A DNA stretch of 20,000 nucleotides from an uncultured virus (IMG/VR IMGVR_UViG_3300028883_000006) (lineage: Duplodnaviria > Heunggongvirae > Uroviricota > Caudoviricetes): the IMG/VR virus record IMGVR_UViG_3300028883_000006, one strand, 5' to 3'. Positions 8,604-14,741 of the stretch are shown here, piece after piece. The notes below the pieces were generated by a model, which saw only the letters and a list, made by a program, of their open reading frames with translations, was not told the DNA's origin and did no database searches. The position numbers and the translations under genes are program-made. The number at the start of each line of letters is the position of its first letter. Within the stretch, counting starts at the first letter, position 1.

Positions 8604-8931
8604 CCTCAGGGAGATACAATATGTCCTGAAAACGCTTGAAAAAAGGGATCCTGACAATTATCCCCCTACAGGACTGCAGGAGAAATGTATTAAGGCCCTG
8701 GATTATGAGGACAGGATACAGAGGGGAACCTTTGCAGGGAAGCCATCAGTTATCATCCCCGCATCATTCTACAGAAGTACAGATAGGGCTAAGGAATATG
8801 TGTTTGAAGGAAGGAATTATATCCTGATACCTGATTCTATCCATCGAAACCTATACGGAACCGGCAAGATTGAAGTTCAATCCTGGTTCTATGAGAAAGA
8901 AATAAGACCAAAACTTATAAAAGAGGACTAA
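8557..8931 (+). CDS. Hypothetical protein (124 aa)
   Basis: Co-oriented ORF overlapping the end of the nuclease gene. No family recognised. Confidence 0.65.
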   Translation: MIMEQRAVKKKEVRLNLREIQYVLKTLEKRDPDNYPPTGLQEKCIKALDYEDRIQRGTFAGKPSVIIPASFYRSTDRAKEYVFEGRNYILIPDSIHRNLYGTGKIEVQSWFYEKEIRPKLIKED

Positions 8932-8988
8932 TAACCCTATGAATAGGCTTAATAACCATATCGTTGTGCTTGTTATTGTGAACATTTG
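8924..8988 (+). promoter_or_regulatory. Tandem palindromic boxes plus degenerate -7 element (putative activator-dependent promoter for 9014 onward)
   Basis: AGGACTAATAACCCT (8924-8938) and AGGCTTAATAACCAT (8945-8959), 21-bp period. AACATTTG (8981-8988) lies 21 nt after box 2. Same geometry as 17662-17755. Confidence 0.7.
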
Positions 8989-9013
8989 TATTGTCACCAA
9001 TTTATACGGCAAT

Positions 9014-9979
9014 ATGAGTTACCCTAATTCAGTAAAAGAGTTTGCCAGGGTGAGAATGGAACAAACTCCAAACAATACTCAAATAGCAAGAGATATTAAG
9101 AACAAGTTTTCAACCCTATACCATGATAAAGAATTAGATCGGATAAGGAGGATGGTATCAAACTGGCGTAACAGTTGGAATGTGGAAGCCAAGAAGATAC
9201 CTATTAAGCGACTATTCTTTGATATAGAAACAAGCTACTATGAGTTACTGATAAAGACATTTTCCCTAAGAAACCATATAAGGTTTTTTGATCCTGATAC
9301 TATCCAGAAAGAAAAGCAAATAATCTGTATATCCTACAAGTGGCAATACGAGAATAAAGTACAGACTCTTGACTGGAGTATGGGGGAGAAGGAGATGATA
9401 AAAGAATTTGTAAATATAATGGGGGATGCCCATGAATTAGTTGCCCATAATGGATATAGGTTTGACGTAAGAGAGCTTCGGACCAGGGCAATCTATCATG
9501 GTGTATTGATGTTCCCGAACTACCGAACACTTGATACCCTAAAGAAATCACAGCATTATTTCAATTTTGCCAGTAATAAACTTGACTACATAGGTAAATT
9601 CCTGAATGTTGGTCGTAAACTGGACCATGAAGGTAAAGAGTTATGGGAAAAGGTAGTGGATGGAGATGAAGCGTCACTTCAAAAGATGATTAAATATTGC
9701 GAACAGGATGTAATACTCTTGGAGGATGCGTTTTTTGTTCTCAGTCCATTCATTGACCATAACAACAATTTCTCAGTTCTTACAGGGGGAGAGAAGTGGT
9801 ATTGCCCGGAATGTGCCTCTGAGAATGTTGAGATGTTTCGTACTTACTCAACACCAATGGGTATCATACGCCGGGAGATGAAATGCAATAACTGCAAGAA
9901 ACAATACCGAATATCAAACAAGACATATATGGCAATGCTTGAAGATTCAATGCGTGGCTATAATAGAAACAATAAATAA
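9014..9979 (+). CDS. DEDD/RNase H-like 3'-5' exonuclease (RNase_H_2/YprB-like) with C-terminal Zn ribbon
   Basis: ExoI 'LFFDIETS', ExoII 'AHNGYRFD', ExoIII 'YCEQDV', and CPEC...CNNC. Start placed at ATG 9014 (MSYPN) because 8939-9013 contains the promoter-like elements. Confidence 0.88.
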   Translation: MSYPNSVKEFARVRMEQTPNNTQIARDIKNKFSTLYHDKELDRIRRMVSNWRNSWNVEAKKIPIKRLFFDIETSYYELLIKTFSLRNHIRFFDPDTIQKEKQIICISYKWQYENKVQTLDWSMGEKEMIKEFVNIMGDAHELVAHNGYRFDVRELRTRAIYHGVLMFPNYRTLDTLKKSQHYFNFASNKLDYIGKFLNVGRKLDHEGKELWEKVVDGDEASLQKMIKYCEQDVILLEDAFFVLSPFIDHNNNFSVLTGGEKWYCPECASENVEMFRTYSTPMGIIRREMKCNNCKKQYRISNKTYMAMLEDSMRGYNRNNK

Positions 9980-10005
9980 ATTTTACAAACCAATTTTTAA
10001 ACGCT

Positions 10006-10362
10006 ATGAAAAAAGTAATGTTAATTATCACAGTTTTGTTTGCAGTGATGATATCGTCCTGCAACGAGGAAAAACCACTGAATGATAACAGCCTATACCG
10101 TTATCAAGTTGAAACTACCCTGGGATCACAAGTTGATGTGTACGCCCTGGTAGCACCTAATACAATCTTGGCTTATCTGGATCAGCCGACACCTTATGAC
10201 CTGGAGGTTCAGTATGTGGACTGGAGGTTATATTTTAATTGTGACATAAAGGTTGAGGACACAATGATACTTAAGGTTTATAAGAATGATGTGCTTATAG
10301 ACGAGAGACAAGTCCAGGGACCAGGACATATAGTATTTATGGAGGAAAGAAGCAAGTATTAA
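10006..10362 (+). CDS. Lipoprotein
   Basis: 'MKKVMLIITVLFAVMISS-C' lipobox-type signal followed by an acidic stretch (CNEEK). Confidence 0.8.
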   Translation: MKKVMLIITVLFAVMISSCNEEKPLNDNSLYRYQVETTLGSQVDVYALVAPNTILAYLDQPTPYDLEVQYVDWRLYFNCDIKVEDTMILKVYKNDVLIDERQVQGPGHIVFMEERSKY

Positions 10363-10378
10363 TGACCGGAATACAAAT

Positions 10379-10783
10379 ATGAACTTCAAAGAAATAAGCA
10401 AGGACTGCCCGAAGGTCTATAACCTGTTGGCAGAATGGTTTGAGATGGTTGTAAGGGCAAAAACCAAAGACAGCAGTATTCTTACTGAATTATTCTTTAA
10501 GAGGCTGGAGGTGGCTCAAATGGCAACCAGGACGCTATTTGATTTCTTTGACGAGCAGGGGATATATATTATTATAGAACCAGAAATACAATATACAAGG
10601 GAAATAGACGAAGATGGCAATAATCCGCATTATGTGATAGACCGATGGGGATATGACATCCACGATGAAGCCTATCAGGTTGCAACGGGTTATCAATTTG
10701 ATACCCGCACCGATGCAGAAGAAGCAGCCTTTACAAAAGCATTTTATGTACTTGAACGTAAAATCAACCGGAAGCCGGTGTAA
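10379..10783 (+). CDS. Conserved phage hypothetical protein
   Basis: 'LFDFFDEQGIYI.I' ... 'TR..AEEAAF.KAF..LE' pattern; in operon. Confidence 0.7.
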   Translation: MNFKEISKDCPKVYNLLAEWFEMVVRAKTKDSSILTELFFKRLEVAQMATRTLFDFFDEQGIYIIIEPEIQYTREIDEDGNNPHYVIDRWGYDIHDEAYQVATGYQFDTRTDAEEAAFTKAFYVLERKINRKPV

Positions 10784-10844
10784 ATGGTCTATGATTGTTC
10801 CAGACAGGAACATGATGGGGGGTTCGACTCCCCCTTCCGGCTCA
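10767..10844 (+). ncRNA. tRNA-like element (degenerate or pseudo tRNA)
   Basis: Perfect T-arm GGGGG-TTCGACT-CCCCC (10818-10834). 3' acceptor strand TTCCGGC (10835-10841) can pair with ACCGGAA (10767-10773) or GCCGGTG (10774-10780). Central stem TGTTC-CAGACAG-GAACA (10796-10812). D-arm is weak, position 33 is not U, and there is no CCA. Confidence 0.5.
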
Positions 10845-10863
10845 AGTGTAAATATAAACTGAA

Positions 10864-11211
10864 ATGAATTACAGAGAATTAAATGGAGTAACAATACGTG
10901 AAGGATTTATGAGGTTTCATAAGGAAAACCCTCATGTCTATGAAGCATTTGAGAAACAGGTCTTAAGAGCAATAGACAAAGGCAGGAATAAGATAAGTGC
11001 CAAGCTCATCATAAACTGGATAAGATGGAATGAGTACATAAAAACTGATGAATACTTCAGGATCAATGATGCTTACCAGTCTTATTATGCCCGTTTATTT
11101 GTTGAGAAACATCCTCAGTATGCCGATATCTTTGATTTTCGTAAACTAAGAAACGAGAAATACGGCCCATACATGAATGTTAGTAGAGATGGACAGATAT
11201 CATTTATGTAA
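10864..11211 (+). CDS. Conserved phage protein, probably DNA-binding
   Basis: 'FHKENPHVYEAF......I..GR.KISA..II..IRW....FRIND....YYARLF' is a motif seen widely in phage proteins; function not known to me. Confidence 0.75.
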   Translation: MNYRELNGVTIREGFMRFHKENPHVYEAFEKQVLRAIDKGRNKISAKLIINWIRWNEYIKTDEYFRINDAYQSYYARLFVEKHPQYADIFDFRKLRNEKYGPYMNVSRDGQISFM

Positions 11212-11233
11212 AGGATCTTAAAACTAAAGCATA

Positions 11234-11443
11234 ATGAAACCAGGTAAGTATATTTTTCAGGAGGAACCAGTAAAGCAAAACGAGTTTTTTTGCATGAAGC
11301 TGGTAGGGTTTATTATGAGAGACAAATGTTCATACCAGGAAACATTCGATAAAGCCAGGGGAGGGGATTGTCCCTATAAAGGGGAATGTGAAATATATAG
11401 AAGGACAGTAGCCAGGGTGGGTAATCAGTTAGCATTATTCTAA
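11234..11443 (+). CDS. Small 4-Cys hypothetical protein
   Basis: 69 aa with four Cys (FFC, DKC, DCP, GEC); in operon. Confidence 0.55.
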   Translation: MKPGKYIFQEEPVKQNEFFCMKLVGFIMRDKCSYQETFDKARGGDCPYKGECEIYRRTVARVGNQLALF

Positions 11444-11460
11444 CCAATAAATATATAGAG

Positions 11461-12054
11461 ATGAAAATATTTAGCAAGATTAACAAATGCAGGTGGGAGT
11501 TAGCCAAAAAGCTAAAAGACACACCTCACATAATAATAAGAATTACTACCAGGTGTAATTTAAAATGTTCTTACTGTTCTATCAGGACTGTATGTAAGAT
11601 ACCTTCTGATCTTAAGGAGCTACCGCCAGAATACTGGATCAAAGAAATGGATAAGTTTGATATTATTACTATCAGTGGGGGAGATCCGTCTGTATATAGA
11701 GATGTTCATAAAATTATTAATGCCCTGGTAAAGAAAAAGAAACTTGTAAGAGTAGGGACAAATTTAGTTGATATTACTGAATTTAAAAAAGTAATTCCTT
11801 CATGGCGTGTTTATTTCATGGCTACATTTCATCGTAGTGAGATGACCGTTAATCAAAGGTCGAGGTTTAAAGAAAACTATAAGGAAATGAGTAAGAAATA
11901 TACTATTGTTTCTAAAGAAATGAGACATATAGGTGATAACACCCCGCCTTATTTTAATAAGAGTAAAATATACTGGCTGAAAGAAAGCAGAGAGGAATTG
12001 CCAACTCCGGGATATTTCCCCGATGGCAGCATAGAAGAAGGAGAGGCTTGTTAG
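11461..12054 (+). CDS. Short radical SAM protein (QueE/NrdG-like size)
   Basis: CxxxCxxC 'RCNLKCSYC', 'ITISGGDP' (GGEP motif variant) and 'VGTN'. 197 aa, partial barrel, no SPASM domain. Confidence 0.88.
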   Translation: MKIFSKINKCRWELAKKLKDTPHIIIRITTRCNLKCSYCSIRTVCKIPSDLKELPPEYWIKEMDKFDIITISGGDPSVYRDVHKIINALVKKKKLVRVGTNLVDITEFKKVIPSWRVYFMATFHRSEMTVNQRSRFKENYKEMSKKYTIVSKEMRHIGDNTPPYFNKSKIYWLKESREELPTPGYFPDGSIEEGEAC

Positions 12055-12135
12055 ATGGAATTACTTATCCTCATAGCATTTTTAGGATTCATCGCTTGGT
12101 TTGTAGTAAAAATGGCAGGAAACGAAAAAAGATAA
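12055..12135 (+). CDS. Small membrane peptide (26 aa, MELLILIAFLGFIAWFVVKMAGNEKR); not in the ORF track
   Basis: ATG directly after the radical SAM TAG, a hydrophobic helix, and a stop 5 nt before the formyltransferase ATG. Confidence 0.55.
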   Translation: MELLILIAFLGFIAWFVVKMAGNEKR

Positions 12136-12140
12136 AACTA

Positions 12141-12791
12141 ATGATAGCAATTATTACATATGACAGACCACATCGTAAGACTCAGGATTTATTAATCAGG
12201 CTTATAGACCATGAAGTGATAGTTATTGCTACGCCTTTTAAAAAGCGTACACAGCATCATTCACTTTATCAACATCGCCCACCAATGGACACTGGCATAT
12301 CAACAGAAAAGTTATGCAATAAATTTGGTTTTGATTATATTAATCATCTGCATCCGGCTGAATGGATCAGGAAGAATAACATAAGTTCAGCTATTATTGG
12401 TGGTGCTAATATTTTAGAGACAGATCAGGATTTAAAGATAATAAATTCACATCCGGGATATTTGCCTTATGGCCGGGGTCTTGATGCTTTAAAATGGTCT
12501 ATTTATGAAGGATATCCAATAGGTGTAACCACCCACGTTATTAATGATGATATTGATTCTGGATACTTGATAGAACAGAAAATTGTACCTGTAAGCTATT
12601 ATGATACGTTTCATTCAGTTGCTTATCGTCAATATCAGATGGAGATAGATATGCTTATTAAAGCTATTGATGCTCCGGTAGTTGAAAAAATACGTACAGA
12701 CATAGGAGAAATTCATCATCGTATGCCCATGAAACTTGAGCCGATTATGATGGAACGATTTAACAGATTAAGACAGGTAAAATCAATCTAA
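12141..12791 (+). CDS. N10-formyl-THF-dependent formyltransferase (PurN/Fmt N-terminal fold)
   Basis: 'IINSHPGYLP..RG...L.W', 'GVTTH.I...IDSG.LI.Q' carry the catalytic Asn, His and Asp. Start placed at ATG 12141 (MIAIITY). Confidence 0.88.
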   Translation: MIAIITYDRPHRKTQDLLIRLIDHEVIVIATPFKKRTQHHSLYQHRPPMDTGISTEKLCNKFGFDYINHLHPAEWIRKNNISSAIIGGANILETDQDLKIINSHPGYLPYGRGLDALKWSIYEGYPIGVTTHVINDDIDSGYLIEQKIVPVSYYDTFHSVAYRQYQMEIDMLIKAIDAPVVEKIRTDIGEIHHRMPMKLEPIMMERFNRLRQVKSI

Positions 12792-12805
12792 TAAACAATA
12801 GAGAG

Positions 12806-13024
12806 ATGAATTGGATAAATGTTAAAGACAAGTTACCCGATGAAGCAGGGGAAAAAACAAAAGACCCGAATAAGGGATGGCTGGTTACTGACCACACAAG
12901 AAGGATAAGGATTGAAACAGTACATCCGTCTTATTGGAATAAAGTACAAAACGAAGGACCTGACGCATGGTGTATCTATGTATCCCATTGGATGCCTTTA
13001 CCTGAATTGCCTAAAAACCAATAA
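12806..13024 (+). CDS. DUF551-family phage protein
   Basis: 'MNWINVKDKLP' start and 'VSHWMPLPELP' end. Confidence 0.85.
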   Translation: MNWINVKDKLPDEAGEKTKDPNKGWLVTDHTRRIRIETVHPSYWNKVQNEGPDAWCIYVSHWMPLPELPKNQ

Positions 13025-13033
13025 ACAATAGAG

Positions 13034-13237
13034 ATGAAAGCATACGCTAAAATAAAAGAAAAGGACAGCAATGACGTATGGATTGAAGACTTAAATGTAA
13101 CAAACATTGAAACGGCAGAAGAAGAAATAAAAGAAATGGTTAATTGGTTTAATAGCACATTAAAATATGGAGAGAAACCAAGAGAATTTGTTTCATTGAC
13201 AACTGAAGATGAATTTAATAAATACGTTAACCAATAA
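13034..13237 (+). CDS. Hypothetical protein (67 aa)
   Basis: Bounded by the junction repeats; co-oriented. Confidence 0.7.
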   Translation: MKAYAKIKEKDSNDVWIEDLNVTNIETAEEEIKEMVNWFNSTLKYGEKPREFVSLTTEDEFNKYVNQ

Positions 13238-13248
13238 ACAATAAAGCC

Positions 13249-13587
13249 ATGAATGAACAAAAGATATTAATACCGATAAAGGTAGGTGAGGAATTACCGA
13301 AAGAAGAGGGGGTTTATTTTATAGACCTTAATACTGACAAACCAGAGATGGTTAGTAAAGACGTCTCATGGTTTAGGCCAAATTATGATAATGAAGTATG
13401 GGAGGAAAATATAAGAGTTTGGTACAAACCAGTATCAATAGACGAACTGCTGCCGAGTAGGCAAGAGAAGATTGACCATATAAAGCAACTAAAGCAGAGA
13501 GAATTTATGGATAAAGAAGATGTTATTCAGTTGTCAATAGCATGGGTAATCAACCACATTAAAAACAAATTAAATGGGACTGAATAA
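13249..13587 (+). CDS. Hypothetical protein (112 aa; 'V.EELP.EEG.YF' start is reminiscent of DUF551-like proteins)
   Basis: Preceded by the junction repeat; overlaps the next gene start. Confidence 0.65.
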   Translation: MNEQKILIPIKVGEELPKEEGVYFIDLNTDKPEMVSKDVSWFRPNYDNEVWEENIRVWYKPVSIDELLPSRQEKIDHIKQLKQREFMDKEDVIQLSIAWVINHIKNKLNGTE

Positions 13588-14230
13588 ATCAAAAGGCAAT
13601 ATGTATGAGTTTGTCACTCATACCTGGAACACAATAAAAGGCAAGTGCCCGCATGATTGTAGTTATTGCTACATGAAGCGGTGGGGAAAACTTAATCCGG
13701 TCCGATTTGACGAGAAAGAACTTAAAACAGACCTGGGGGAAGGCAACTTTATCTTTGTAGGATCAAGCTGTGATATGTGGGCGAATGATATTCCGGATGA
13801 ATGGATCTTCAGAACGCTATGTCATGCAAATAAGTATGAAAAAAACAGTTACTTATTCCAGACAAAGAACCCTTATAATATCAGGCGAATATTAATTCCT
13901 GAATCTTATGTCTGTGTAACCCTTGAAACAAACAGGCATTATCCTGAAATAATGAATAATTGTCCTACACCTATGCAAAGGACAGAGCAAATGAAACTTA
14001 TCAGGCATCCTCTATATATTACGATTGAGCCTGTAATTGATTTTGATTTGCCGGAGTTCATAGAAATGCTAAAAGCCTGTGATCCGGTCCAGGTTAATAT
14101 CGGGGCTGACAGTGGTAACAACGGACTGCCAGAGCCTCCTATTGAAAAGGTAGAGGAATTGATTGCCGAGTTATCAAAGTTTACTACCATTCATCAAAAA
14201 AGGAACCTTAACAGATTAAAAGCAAAATAA
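13574..14230 (+). CDS. DUF5131 (phage Gp37/Gp68-like) radical SAM protein
   Basis: 'TWNTIKGKCPHDCSYCY', 'IFVGSSCDMW', 'FQTKNP', 'VTLET', 'ITIEP' and 'VNIGADSG'. Confidence 0.85.
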   Translation: MGLNKSKGNMYEFVTHTWNTIKGKCPHDCSYCYMKRWGKLNPVRFDEKELKTDLGEGNFIFVGSSCDMWANDIPDEWIFRTLCHANKYEKNSYLFQTKNPYNIRRILIPESYVCVTLETNRHYPEIMNNCPTPMQRTEQMKLIRHPLYITIEPVIDFDLPEFIEMLKACDPVQVNIGADSGNNGLPEPPIEKVEELIAELSKFTTIHQKRNLNRLKAK

Positions 14231-14352
14231 GAATGGCTGTAGGGTCCTTGTGGGGAGGAACAGATGATAGCTGCTGTATAACATTAAAACAAACACAACT
14301 TACTTTTCCCTAAATACGTCATGTTAATAGAGGTACGATTTTTGCACTATTA

Positions 14353-14384
14353 TTCGGTTATTTCGATTTAGTTATATAAATTTG
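14353..14384 (+). promoter_or_regulatory. Putative Bacteroidota housekeeping promoter (-33/-7)
   Basis: TTCG (14353-14356), a 20-nt spacer, then TAAATTTG (14377-14384, exact TAnnTTTG) in an AT-rich intergenic gap. Confidence 0.55.
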
Positions 14385-14458
14385 AAAGCAACATTGTGTT
14401 CTGTTAATACTGTCTGTAAACAGTGTCTTTTTTAGTCTTTTTTAAACCTACTCTTAAA

Positions 14459-14725
14459 ATGTTTCATGAATTTAATCAAGGATGTGAAAGAAATAGTGAT
14501 ATGAGTTATTCTGACCATGAATATTGTCAAATATTACAGGATATTGCTAAGGTATATTTTTCATCTGAAGAATTTGCATCGGGTAATCAAAATCAGAGGG
14601 CAGAAGAAGTTGGAATGTTTATTGATATCTTTAAAATGGTAAAAGCAATGGTTAATAAACATATCGAAACGGAAAAACTTTGTGAATTAGTCGCTGAGTT
14701 CAGGAGAAATAAACAGTTGAGCTAA
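14459..14725 (+). CDS. Stand-alone AT-rich hypothetical protein (moron-like, about 88 aa)
   Basis: TAAAATG start context at 14459 and its own promoter. Convergent with the structural gene. Start uncertain (14423, 14459 or 14501). Confidence 0.55.
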   Translation: MFHEFNQGCERNSDMSYSDHEYCQILQDIAKVYFSSEEFASGNQNQRAEEVGMFIDIFKMVKAMVNKHIETEKLCELVAEFRRNKQLS

Positions 14726-14741
14726 TGATCAGGAGAATTGA

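Larger units (their letters stand above)
12790..13253 (+). repeat. Repeated gene-junction motif (AACC)AATAAACAATA(GAG)ATGAA at three consecutive boundaries
   Basis: 12790-12810 AATAAACAATAGAGAGATGAA; 13016-13038 AACCAATAAACAATAGAGATGAA; 13229-13253 AACCAATAAACAATAAAGCCATGAA. A variant lies at 11442-11465 (AACCAATAAATATATAGAGATGAA). Confidence 0.8.

Noticed and set aside
8939..9013. Hydrophobic N-terminal extension (apparent signal peptide) on the exonuclease
   Set aside because: Coincides with the tandem-box promoter, and an exported DEDD exonuclease with a Zn ribbon is unlikely.
10774..10844. Canonical tRNA-Val(GAC)
   Set aside because: No U33, weak short D-arm, acceptor mismatch and no CCA; kept only as tRNA-like.
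12048..12140. N-terminal extension of the formyltransferase
   Set aside because: The fold begins at MIAIITY (12141); the region is better explained by the 26-aa TM ORF in another frame.
12790..13253. Junction repeats as a CRISPR array or integron attC sites
   Set aside because: The intervening sequences are whole genes of about 200 nt, the repeats are not palindromic and lack RYYYAAC/GTTRRRY ends, and no integrase is in the window.
11127..13757. Intragenic TAnnTTTG matches (11127, 12320, 13750)
   Set aside because: They lie inside coding sequence without supporting context; such matches are expected by chance in AT-rich DNA.
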